Assembly: GCA_050084515.1 (NCBI GenBank)
Contig: CM114271.1
Location: 35,030,001 to 35,094,000 of the forward strand
Direction: 5' to 3'
DNA length: 64,000 nucleotides
DNA from: Blasia pusilla
Lineage: Eukaryota
Part shown: positions 11,526 through 22,966 of the stretch, in pieces
Layout of the letters: each line of letters opens with the position of its first letter
Position numbering within the stretch: the first letter of the stretch is position 1
Notes under the pieces: generated by a model
The model's input: only the letters and a program-made list of their open reading frames with translations
Told to the model about the DNA's origin: nothing
The model's database searches: none
Position numbers and translations under genes: made by a program

Positions 11526-13339
11526 CTCGTGCTCCTCTCTCCGTGCTCGCTGCGCTCCTCGAGAGCTCATGGCACTCGAGAGCCCAGTGTACTCGAGGGC
11601 TCTTTGCATTGTCTTTTCGCTCTTGGCCCGATCGTGGTCATGCTCTGTGCTCAAGGCGTCTTGAGAAACTGCCCCGAGTGCGCGTGCTTTGTTCGTGTTG
11701 CCCTCATGATGCACTCGAGAAGGAGCTCCGTGTTTGCAGGTGCAATCCTATTGCAATGGCTTCATCAGTAGGGCCCGGATCCAAATCATCACCTTTCTCT
11801 GTGGCCAAGGTGTGGCCAAGCTGGGGCTAATCCGAACGTTTTCGAGCGCCTTCTCTATCCGAGAATGGTAGTCACGTTTCCTTGCTGCCGCAAACATTGA
11901 GAAAGGGTAGATCAGCGCTCTATCATGACCATATGGATTATGTCGTAGAGTATAGTGTGCTAGTAGAGGCCATACCTTATGTAGGGCCGTAGTGTCTAGG
12001 TAGAGATGCGGTTTCATACATGGGGTTGGGGGTTACTCACTTGAGGGTGACTTTTCCAATAGGGCCCGCTCTTAGGTTGGAGGATATAGTATGGAGTGCA
12101 CTCAAAGAACAGCTAGTTCTTTGAGTTGAGCCTGTTGCGTTGGGAGTTAGCCTTGGTAGTGAGTAGAGCTCTTGGCTATGGTGGTTCCCGCAAGCTTCGA
12201 CGTGGATTCTCCCATTATGGAGTGGGTTTGGCTCGATTGTATGGGATTCTATACGTATTTTATGATAGTAGGTCTTTCATGAATTTCACTCAAAGAACTA
12301 GAGTAGATCGATGGTAGCTTCGATTGTGGATCACTAGGATTTGGTTAGGGCTGATTGTGTACTCAGCCGTGGATGTTCGTGGCTTGTGGCCTATGTTGGA
12401 GGCTTCGAGGCAACTCGTGCTAGCTCGGGGCGAGTGGGCGTGAGAGGTGGAGTAAGGAGCAAGGAGCAAGCAAGCTAGCTTGCTTGCTTGGGCGTGAGGC
12501 AGTTTTTGCAGGATTTGTGATTTGAGTGTTGCATAACTGGTCACCTATCTTTGGGCTATTATGCCTGGAAGACGCTTAATTGCTGAGTTCTTAACTATGC
12601 CAATGTACACACCGGTGTAGCTCATTTGGTGATGTTCGGAGATGTGTTAGGCGTTTTATGCATCTCAAGTTTTTGGTTGATGGACTTCTAGCGCGTAGTA
12701 CGGTATAGCCTCTCCATGCAGGTGATATTTTCAGGTGCTGCGAGTCCGACTAGAACGTCATCGACCCGCGGTGGAGTAGCTATTGCGTTAGAATTGTGTG
12801 GTGGGTTCTGTGGATTTAGGGGGTGCCACGTTTGGTGGATTTTGTTACGTTGATTTCCATTTGCGATTGGAGGATTGTCATTGGACTTCCTGTGTTTGGA
12901 TCCCCTCCATCGTTGCTTCTTGCTTGCGCACCCATTATTAGGGTTGACGCTGATTTCCAGAGTAGTGTTACTCCTGTGTGCTAACGGTAGTGAGGCTGGA
13001 GTGATGACCAGTAGACCTTGGGAGGCTTCTTGTGGTGCTGACAGTTTAGGTTGCCTACACCCATAGCTAGTAGAGCTAGAATAGTACAGCGACATTGACG
13101 TCACTTGGTTACTTAGTGGTTGTAATTTGGTGGTGGTGCGGCATCGGCGTTGGTCATCACGGAGCTGTCTGGTGGTCTGGTTGGGGACCGTGGTGCGGAC
13201 AGTGGTGGTTTCACATGGAGTGGATTGAGGTATCGGCTATCTTTTCCACTTCCGACGGTTGATGAAGAGGAGGACGGGGGTGTTCCAAACACCGAGTCTT
13301 CTACGTTGTTATCGAGTGTTGCATCTCCATTGATTTGGG

Positions 13340-14730
13340 ACATGGACGGGATATATGGGGCCATGAAGGCCCCACGACGATACTCGGGTGCAGTGGGCAC
13401 CATTGAGTTGGAGGACTTCATGCAGGAGTTTGATACGTGGTGTGATATGCAGATGTTGCGGAACGCCACGTTGTTTACACCCTTCTTGGCTTGGAAGGGG
13501 TTGTTTTAGCACTTGGCAGGACCACCCATGGATGATTACCATGAGTTTAGGAAGGACCATGTTGCTGAGATTGAGGCGTGGAGACAATATTGGTCTCCAC
13601 GCTATGTGTCTATCATCGAGGTGGTATTGGTAGTAGTGCTCCTACTATGCCAGCCAGCCCGACGTTGATTGTTACGAGTACGATCCGGAGTGGGGGTACC
13701 AGTGGAGGTACCCATGGAGGTACTAGTGGAGGTACTAGTGCCCCACCATCGTTCAGCCCGATTGCAGAGTTCTTAAAGAGGTTGAAGAAGAACTATCAGG
13801 GGGTGAAGACAGAGAAGTTGAGGAGTCTTAAGGAATTTGAGCAAAAGATTGGTGAGAGTCTTCGTGAGGCATACACTCGTATGCGACGCCTGATTTCAAT
13901 TACATATGGAGGTGATCATGTTAGGAAGTTTTTCCCAAGAGGATGGGAGACGGACTTTGGAGGATGGGCCTCATTCGGCCCCAAATTAGTATGATCATTG
14001 CGGGAGACCAGGTCATCCTCGAGAGCCTTGCTTTGATCTTCATCCAGAGTTGAGATCAGGCCGCGGCCGTGGTGGAGCAGCTCCGAGAGGCGGAGGTGGT
14101 AGAGATGGTAGGGAAGGTAGAGGTGGACCAATGGTTGGAGAGCCTACGGTGGCTATCCCTACCACTATGACAGAGTCAGCTATGGCTGCCAGGATTGAGT
14201 AGTTGGAGCAAAAGTTGGCTACTATGGCTGGTATCAAGCATAGATCAGGTTCGGGAGCAGGGGATTCCACCTCTTATGGAGGGGATGATCTCTCTTATAT
14301 GGCGAGTGCAGCACAGGTTGAGGCATCAACTGCAGTTACGAGAGGAGCCACTCGAGCGTTAGAGCCATGTGGTGCTACTGTGGAGTTGGACCCACAGAGG
14401 GGTGAGGCTAGGAGGCAGGCTAGGCTTCCCCAGTCTTTCTTGTTGTGTGAGGTGCTTAGGACTCCATCCATGGTTCCTACGCAGCCTATTGAGCCGACAG
14501 TGGGGACTGATGCATCTACATTGTGTGTAGTAGACACGGATGCAGCATCCAGTGCAGTATTCCGGATGGCAACTTCAGTGTTGGGATCCCCATTGCTTTA
14601 GGAGTTGACTTAGCTCCTGTATTTCAGCTAGCAGCCACATTGTGTGAACGTGGGGGTGTTACTGCTACACGTGTTGAGGTGGATGAGAGTGTTGCGGTGG
14701 AGCGAACCTCTACGTTAGGTGTAGCATTGA
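13340..14730 (+). pseudogene. Gag-like region of copy A
   Basis: FMQEFDTWCDMQ..., LKKNYQGVKTEKLRSLKEFEQKIGESLREAYTRMRRLI (retrotransposon gag-like); degenerate Zn-knuckle near 13990-14050; stops and frameshifts. Confidence 0.65.
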
Positions 14731-14736
14731 GTACTA

Positions 14737-15260
14737 GTGCTACTTGGCAGCAAAGCAAAGGCGAAGATGGATGCATTACGGCCCAAACGACAAACCATTG
14801 ATCGTGAGAGGCTTACACCTGGTGTATGTATGTTGGACAACCAGAGTGGGATATTCCGATTGGTGAGTCCTACAGGACAGGTGTATAGACCAGATAGAGT
14901 CTTGTTAGACTCTGGTGCCCAACCTTTGATGTTGGGAAAGGCGACATGTATTGGTTTGGGTATTTGGAGGTCAAAGCTTGAGCCTTGCCCATTCCAGATT
15001 CAAACATCACTTGGAGGAGCCAATGATAGGTCTCAATTCATGACACGGGAGAATTTCTCTGTACAATTGAGACCAGATCATGCGACTGATAGCTCCCGGT
15101 TGGGAGTACCTACAGTGGTCACATCAGCCGAGTCGTATGATGTACTAGTTGGAGGATCAGTATTGTACCCGATGGGTTTTCAGATGGATTACTAGACTAA
15201 GACATCGTCTTATAGACCTGGTTGGCAGTCCGGGGATGGACGTATGAGCCAAGCTCCTGT
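14737..15260 (+). pseudogene. Retroviral-type aspartic protease of copy A
   Basis: RVLLDSGAQPLMLG active-site motif; YDVLVGG C-terminal motif. Confidence 0.8.
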
Positions 15261-15619
15261 GAGATTTATTTAAAGGGCCCGACGCGGAGGGTCGTCCCCA
15301 ACGGTGTTAGCATCTATGGCTGGTTTTAGTGGAGTAGTCACTTGGCCAGGAGACTTTTTGGAGGGTAATGTTTATGCTATGGATTCTCCTATGCATGAGG
15401 AGGTAGAGGAGGTCCCTAGTTTTGCAGCAGTGGCATCCTCATCGTTGGATGTGCCACTTTGGAGTTCAGGCGGTGCACTACGGTAGGAGGCTGATCGCCT
15501 AGTGCAGAAGGCTTGGTGTGAGGCTATTATACCTCACGAGGAAGAGGAGGCCCCACGGCGGACTCCTACTTCTGGTCCAGTTGGGTTATTCCCTTTGGAT
15601 ACTACACCCATTGTATGGC

Positions 15620-16605
15620 AGTATCCGCCGGAGGACATTTGTGTGTTAGATCTCTTTGGTGGGATTAGCACTGGTTTGGCTGCAGTGTTGCAGGCCGGTA
15701 TTCCTATGCGGAGATACGTGTATGTGGAGCGAGATGAGACGGCCCAGAGAGTCTCATCCCGACATATTGGTCAGTTGATGCGGAGATATCCTGAGTTGTT
15801 GCCGCCATCAGCTATTTGTGGGTACCAGCATGCTTTGCCGTCACACATTGTATTGTTGGGGGCGCAGGACCTTAAGAGGGTTGGTCCTGTGGATTTGGTG
15901 ATTGCTGGATGGCCATGTCAGGGTCATACACATGCTGGTCGTGTTGAGGGATTACACGACCCTAGGTCTCGATTGTTTTGGGAGATGTTACGGGTGTTAC
16001 GACATCTTCAGGTTCACCTGGCACGTGCTCTAGCTTACATTCTGGAGAATGTTCCATTGTTGGATGACACTCAGACCCGGATGAGGGCGAGTGTTCATGA
16101 GGTGCGGTCTTGGATTGGACCAGCGGTGTTGTTGGATGCAGCGCGAGTTGGCTCGCGTGCACATCGTCCACGCTTGTGGTGGACAAACTTGGTACCTAGG
16201 GAGGTTCTACGTTGAGCATATGATGCAGTGCACCGGGATCCTTGCCTTACTGTGGATAGAATCTTGGATACTGGGCGACTTTCTCAGGTAGTGAGGGTTA
16301 TTGATCGGTCACCCATGGCAGTAGTGAACTGTGTGGGCGAGCCTAGGATGGCACTACCCACATTTTTCAGTTTTCCCTCGTCACATGCCTACAGGGAAGG
16401 TGGTCCCGAGCTTGTATGGGATTCTCATGTGCGACAGTTGGTGGAGCCTAACGCTGATGAGAGAGAGCATGCGATGGGATTTGCTACTGGTGTGACAGCG
16501 GTTGCTTCCATTTCTGAGGCTTCACGACGTCATTTTTTGGGTCATACCATGGACCTGAATTGTTTGACTTGGATTTTGAGTCTTGGTATGGCCGAGCAGC
16601 GTTGA
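15620..16605 (+). pseudogene. C5 DNA cytosine methyltransferase domain (DNMT3-like) within pol of copy A
   Basis: Motif I VLDLFGGISTG (~15643), IV AGWPCQG (~15904), VI ILENV (~16040), VIII AHRPRLWWTN (~16160), IX/X EPNADEREHAMGF...LGHTMD; one in-frame TGA at 16213; same frame as the protease. Confidence 0.93.
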
Positions 16606-16869
16606 CTTCAGACTATGTCTGTGGGTCTTCCACCCCTTGTGATGAGCTCGATGGCTACCGAGACGGTAGAGGCATCGGGTGGGGGTGAGGAGAGTAGTAT
16701 TTTGCATCCTTGGAGTAAATGGGATGTAATGGCTGGGCATGTGGAGTTGGTTGCTCATGCTGGGGGAGGAGTTATTTGCTCAGATCTTTGGTGTAGCTAA
16801 GGGTGTATCATCTTGTGAGGGGTTGCGTAGCGACCAATGGCATAAATCCTCTCCCTCTTGTGTGCCAGT

Positions 16870-18310
16870 GGAGGAGACTTGGGAGCCATTACTTGGGCCC
16901 AAGCTTACAGGAGGTGAGAAACAACGCTTGACACAGTTCCTACGTGCTTATAGGATTTTTTTTGCCTTTAGCATGAAGAAGTTGGGTGCTTTGGTTGGAC
17001 CCGGTATACGGATTGATTTGGCTAGTGATACGACAATCTTCCGTCGTCCCTACCGATATAGTGATATGGAGAGGGACCTGATTCAGAGTAGGACGTTGGA
17101 CCTTTTAGAGGCTGGATTAGTCGAGTTTTCGCATGGAGAGTATGCATTAGCCACTGTCATGCCTGCTAAAAAGGATGTGCATGGCAACTACACGGATAAG
17201 AGGATGTGTGGAGATTACCGTCCTATCAATCGGCAGACCAAGGCTGATAGGTATGCCATGCCTACACCTGAGGAGATCTTTGATGTGGTGGGACACGAAA
17301 ATATTTTCAATACTTTGGATCTTTGGGCAGGATACCATCAGTTGCCGATTGGAGAGAATGACAAGGCCAAGACAGCATTTTGAGGTGTCAACTCTCATGG
17401 CAAGGATTGTTTGTACCAGTGGAAATTCTTACCCTTTGGGTTGAAGAATGCACCTGCCGAGTTTCAGAGAGCGATGGACAGGATCCTAGCAGGGTTGGAT
17501 TTTGTTCGATGTTACATTGATGATATCTTGGTGTTCAATAACATGGTGGAGGAGCATCAGATACATTTGCAGATTGTGTTTCAGCGGTTGAAAACTCATG
17601 GTCTACGTTTGCATCCAGGAAAGTGTAAGTTCTTCCATGAGGATGTTGAGTACTTGGGTCATGTGATCTATCCAAGTGATTTGGGAGTTCAGCAAGCAAA
17701 GGTGGAGGCTATTGCACTTATTCCTTGTCCTGTAGATATGAGTAGAGTTTGGGCATTCATGGGATTGGCGAACTACTATCGGAGGTATGTGAAGGGATTT
17801 AGTGCTATGGCAAAGCCTTTGAACCAATTGTTGAAATCAGATCAGTAGTGGCACTGGGGAGATGATAAGGAGAGAGCTTTGGTGGAGCTCAAGGTCCAGT
17901 TGGTGGCGGCGCCTATCTTGAGGAGACCTATCATAGGGCGCCCATTTCAGTTTCACATTGATTGGAGTAGGTTGGGACTTGGAGCGGTGTTGACACAACA
18001 TGATGATGAGCACATGGAGTTTGTGGTGGCCTATGCAAGTCGTTTGAATAATGCAGCGGAGTCGCGCTACAGTTCATATGAGGGAGAGTGCTTGGCAGTA
18101 ATGTGGGTTGTGGCACACTTTAGGTGTTACTTGTTTGGCACACAATTTACCCTTGTTACTGATCACCAACGGCTCAAGTGGTTGATGGAGTGTGACAAGC
18201 TTACAAGGAAGCTTGCACGGTGGGCTCTTATCTTACAGGAGTATGACTTCTAGGTGGTACATAGACCTAGAGTTGCCAACCTTGATGCTGATGGGTTGAG
18301 TAGGAATCCA
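16870..18310 (+). pseudogene. Reverse transcriptase and RNase H of copy A
   Basis: RMCGDYRPIN, LDLWAGYHQ, LPFGLKNAP, CYIDDILV, FMGLANYYRR; RNase H IDWSRLGLGAVL, EGECLAV, TDHQ, ARWAL..QEYDF, ADGLSR; several premature stops. Confidence 0.95.
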
Positions 18311-18699
18311 TGTACTAGCCAAGAGGATGCAATTGGGGCTAGATGGCATGGCGAGGTTGATGAGGAGATGGTGCCAGGTTGGCATGCATCCGCCTTTTTA
18401 TGTTGGTTAGGGGTGGACTCTAGTATGGAGGACCACATGACATCTTACTCTAGTCAGAGGGTAGATGGCCAGCCTTCAGATCCTAAGGTTGGAGATGGTG
18501 ATACGGATCAGTGTGATATTCATGATGATGCGTTGGTGTTGGAGTTCCTACGGACCAGTAGGGTGCCAGACATAGTGAGTGCCAAAGAGCGAGAGCGTGT
18601 TCTTCAACGTGCTAAGAGGTATCGATTGGAGGGAACACATATTCTCCATGTGTGGGAGGATGGTAGAGTACGAGTAGTACCGTATTTGGCTCAGAGAGA

Positions 18700-19790
18700 G
18701 CGCATTGTGCGACATGCCCGTTGGGATATTTTGGGGTAAAGCGTACATATAGCTTACTCCTTGGTTAATATTGGTGGCGTGGCATGCATACTCAGGTGCA
18801 GCAGTTGGTGTCACGTTGTATGGTTTGTGACCGGGTGAGGGCATCATTCAATGCCCCTACACCATAGTTACACCCCTTGCCTATTATGGGATTGGGTTAC
18901 CGTTGGAGTGTGGACTTTGCGGGACCGTTACCGTTGACTATACAACATCATCGATATGTGTTGGTGATGGTGGAGCACTTCTCCAAGTGGATTGAGTTGG
19001 TGGCATTACCTGACAAGGCAAGTGAGGGAACGGCATATGCGTTTCTTGATAGAGTGCTTAGTCATTTTGGTGCACCAACTGAAGTGCTGACCGACCAGGG
19101 TACAGAGTTTCAGGACTTGTGTGACAAGGCGTTGATTGATCATCGGACCACGTCTCGAGATCATCCAGAGGCAGATGGTTTGGCTGAGCGTGTGGTTTAG
19201 ACGGTGAAGAGGGCATTGCGCAAGTATGGCCTACAAAAGGGGCATCTTGGAGACTAGGATATTCAGTCGCCATGGTTAGTCATGGGGTATAGGTTCAGTC
19301 GCCAAGCATCCTTGGCTTCCTTCTCACCTTATTTTCTGCTATACGGCCGAGATTCACACTTGCCAGTAGCAATTTGTTGGGAGTCTAGTGAGGTGGTGAA
19401 CCTTGATGACCCAGAGATGTGGATGAGAGTGTGTTCTTAGCGGGCAGAGCTCTTTCGGAGAGTTATGCCAACAGCCTTTGAGAATCTTGCCATTGCTCAA
19501 CACAAGGATACATTGTGGTATGCAACCATTCGGGATGGAGGTTATCAACCATCGATTCGTAGATTCCATGTGGGGAATATATCTATTTGCAGCAGATTGC
19601 ACCGACAACGTTGGATGTGACGACAGGCCGCACTATTTTACGAGTGCGCGAGGTGTTAACTTCTGGAGTTCTCATGTTGGAGGGTCGTGATGGAGTTGTT
19701 TGGAAGGACCATGTGCGTAATTGTGCGCCATACCATCTTCCAAATGTGGATGGTACTGTTGACCCAAGCTTAGCCATGATACGTGCTAGC
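18700..19790 (+). pseudogene. DDE integrase of copy A
   Basis: Zn-binding H/CxxC remnants; WSVDFAGPLP, VEHFSKW, VLTDQGTEF, HPEADGLAERVV, FSPYFLLYGR. Confidence 0.93.
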
Positions 19791-19796
19791 TTGATG

Positions 19797-19946
19797 TGCA
19801 TGTTGTGTGGGTCTGCTGGTAACGCAACCCGTATGTTGGTGTGTGATCGGTGTTCTAGGGGTTGGCACATGATGTGTTTGACTCCACGTATAGATGTTGT
19901 TCCTCTTGGAAGGTAGGTTTGTCCTCGATGTACTAAGGAGAGGTAG
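19797..19946 (+). pseudogene. PHD finger (C4HC3) at the integrase C-terminus of copy A
   Basis: CMLCGS...MLVCDRCSRGWHMMCLTP...VP.GR*VCPRC, with TAG where PHD fingers have the conserved Trp. Confidence 0.9.
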
Positions 19947-20691
19947 ATGACTTGATCTTTGCATTATATGGATTACAGATAGGCGACTAACGATGGGGCA
20001 ACCTAGCACCCGGCCTTCTGATTCGTGCACCCAAGAAGGTGTATAGCATGTAGTAGATGTATAGGGCTACTTGGGAGTTAGAGGGACCTAACCACCAGTA
20101 AGGGGGGCGAGTTGTGTACACTTGTGTTTGTGGATGCTCTCATCTATGTTATGTATGTATGTGAGTATGGTATGTCAGCGATGTATGCTGTATGACGATG
20201 TGGATTCGCACCACAACTGTCATGACTATACGGATTATGTCGTAGAGTATAGTGTGCTAGTAGAGGCCATACCTTATGTAGGGCCGTAGTGTCTAGGTAG
20301 AGATGCGGTTTCATACATAGGGTTGGGGGTTAATCCGTTGAGGGTGACTTTTCCATTGGGGCCCCTTCTTAGGTTGGAGGATATAGTGTGGAGTGCACTC
20401 AAAGAACAGTTAGTTCTTTGAGTTGAGCCTATTGCGTTGGGAGTTAGCCTTGGTAGTGAGTAGAGCTCTTGGCTATGGTGGTTCCCTGAAGCTTCGACTT
20501 GGATTCTCCCATCGTGGAGTGGGTTTGGCTCGATTGTATGTGATTCTATACGTGTTTTATGATAGTAGGTCTTTCACGGATTTCAATTGTGGTACACTTG
20601 TGTTTGTGGATGCTCTCGTCTATGTTATGTATGTTTGTGAGTATGGTATGTCAGCGATGTATGTTGTATGACGATGTGGATTTGCACGACA

Positions 20692-22966
20692 GCCATCACC
20701 AATCAAATGAGATGGAGGACGAGCACCCAATGCACCACTCCTTACATGCATCGATCAATTGGAGCAAAGGATTGTTTCCATGATGATGATGTAGCTAAAT
20801 GGAGGCCCAGAATCTGAGAGTAGCTAGTGTGGCCCTAGCCTCTACATCTTACCACGATGCTGGTGAGGATTCTGCGAGCATGGGATTTATGTGTAGTGCA
20901 TCTCAGGTGGAGGTTGCTGCGGTGGTAACTCGGATGCTACGAGAGTAATCGAGCCATCGAGAGGTGGGGTTGAGATTGACCCACAAGAGGAGATCGATGG
21001 GCAGCAGGCCAAGGTTCCCAAGTCGTTCATGTTGTTGGAGGCACTTCATACATTGTCGATAAAGCCTTGACGGCCGATTTTGCCCACGGGTCAGAAAAAT
21101 GCATCAATGTCACGAGGAGTTGGAGAGACAACTCCTATGCCGGCTCAAGTGGAGCTAATGTCGACCACATTGTTGGATTTGGCCACTAGGGTGAGCCACA
21201 CTGTTATATTCCGTCGTGGAGTTGGCGACGTTGATAGTTGGATCAGCAGAAGTGTTCTGGTTGGCCGCCATGTTGTATGAGCATGGAGAGGTGACTGCCT
21301 CTCGTTCAGAGGTAGTTGAGGAGGTGGTGGACTTGCCCTTGGAGCAGGTGCTTGAGAAGTCCCCACTAAGTCATAGCATGCGGCGGTGGCGAAGTTGGTA
21401 GATATGCGAGCTAGGCCAACGATAAAGCAATCCATGATCACACAAAATGTGGTATTGTTGGATAACCAAGCTCGAGTGTTTCGCTTGGTTAGTCCCACAT
21501 GTACGGTGTACCACCCGCAGCATGTCCAAGCATTGTCCCTTTCAGATACAGACCTCTATTGGGGGCGTATCACCCATGCATTACATGACTCGACAGGAGT
21601 TGGTGGTTAAACTCCAGCCAGAGGACGAGTCGGATAGTGCAATGGTGTGCACTCGAGTGATTACGACATCGGCGGAGTCGTATGACGTGTTAGTATGGAT
21701 TACGGTATTGTATCCCATTGGGTTCATTCTGGATTTTTGGGAGAAGACGGTTTCTTATCGGCTAGGGTGGCGATCAGGTGAAGGACATGTGAGTTATCTA
21801 CCGGTGTTGTTTGTAGGGGGTAGTGGTGATCGACCACGTGAAGATATCGTGACCACGTTGGCCACATTCATAGGTAGTGTTGGCTGATCAAGAGGGTTTA
21901 AGGAAAGGAGCACACATGCCAAGGACATTCCTGTAGTAGATAGTCCCACGGAGAGACATGCCATAGTGGGTGTCTCTTCCCCTGGTCCGTAGGTTCATTA
22001 TTATTTTTGGGGACAAGCGTTGAGATGCATGGAGTGTAGACGAGCTCGTGAGACATGCGTGGAGCCATGTCTATGTTTGGAGGAGGATACGAGAGTGTTA
22101 GATCTCTTTGGAGGGATCAACAAGATGGATTGCTGCAGTTTGGTAGTGTTGCAAGGATGATGGCACCAATGGTGCTAGATGTGTATATATAGGATAGGAG
22201 ATCATGTCAAGGACATATGTGTGTCCTATCTAGGGTAAGGGGGATCCAACTGCCAGCTAGGGGGGCGGTTGTGGGATCCCTTTGTTTATCTGTGAGTATA
22301 TTTTGTTTATGTGTGGATCTACTCGTATGTTGGGGAAGATCGGTGTTGTGTTGTGTGTAGATGTGACCAGCGATGTGGGTTGTGTAGCGATGTGTATGCG
22401 CACAACAGTTGTCACATCTTAGCTTGACATAGGTAGAGTTCTATCGCGTCCATCGCATAGAGAGTTAGTGGACTGTTCAGGTGTAGCTTAGTCCCGAGAT
22501 GTCGGATGAGGTTGGCGACAGGTCTATTGTGTCGAGAACGTCGTTTAAGGCTATTTCCCTATTTTGGTTTTAGTCTGTCAAGTGACTCGTTGACCGATTC
22601 AATGATCACCCGGTAACATGTGCACACAGGTTACTGTTCGTAGGGCTATTTTTGGGGGAAGAGCCTTTTGGCTCTTTCCAAGGATATAAGAGTGAGGAAG
22701 ATGGCTTTCCCAAGACATCTTTGTCATGTTGAGCCTTGGGAGTGTCTCTCTTGCGTAGACGTGTGTGGGTGTGTAGTAGTTAGGATGCTAGCGTCCGGAG
22801 GGTGGATGTAGTTCAATTTTTTGATGTAGATTCATGAGTGGAGTTGTGGGGTCCCTTTGTATATGCGTGAGTATATTTTGCTTATATATGGATCTACCCG
22901 TATGTTGGAGAAGATTGGTGTTGTGTGGTGTGTAGATGTGACCAGCAATGTGCCTTTCACACGACA
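20692..22966 (+). mobile_element. Internally deleted, divergent member (copy C) of the DNMT-Gypsy family
   Basis: gag/PR homology (VLLDNQARVFRLVSP, CPFQIQTS, SAESYDVLV); DNMT motif I remnant RVLDLFGGIN at ~22092-22121; then PPT, Y' (22269-22407), X' (22410-22843), Y' (22844-22966, ending CACGACA). Confidence 0.8.

Larger units (their letters stand above)
11921..20691 (+). mobile_element. Ty3/Gypsy retrotransposon copy A: gag - PR - DNMT - RT - RH - INT - PHD with split direct repeats; pseudogenised
   Basis: 368-bp repeat X at 11921-12288 and 20218-20585; ~105-bp repeat Y at 20112-20215 and 20587-20691; PPT-like agtaaggggggcgag at 20097-20111; Gypsy domain order; no TSD found. Confidence 0.92.

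Noticed and set aside
10870-11830. 170-200 aa ORFs inside the LTRs (also 26312-26800 and 32671-33214)
   Set aside because: No recognisable domains, and frames are not conserved between LTR copies.
11915-11920. Target-site duplication for copy A (gcgctc versus gccatc at 20692-20697)
   Set aside because: Only a partial match, not convincing, so the outer boundaries rest on the repeats and terminal motifs alone.
15502-16605. Host DNA methyltransferase gene (DRM, CMT or DNMT3)
   Set aside because: Intronless, in frame with the retroviral protease, lacking UBA/BAH/chromo/PWWP domains, and present at the same position in divergent element copies.
11921-20691. DIRS/Ngaro tyrosine-recombinase retrotransposon, suggested by the split repeats and a methyltransferase
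   Set aside because: It has an aspartic protease, Gypsy-type RT/RH and a DDE integrase; no recombinase motifs were seen, and the methyltransferase is C5-type rather than the adenine type found in DIRS.
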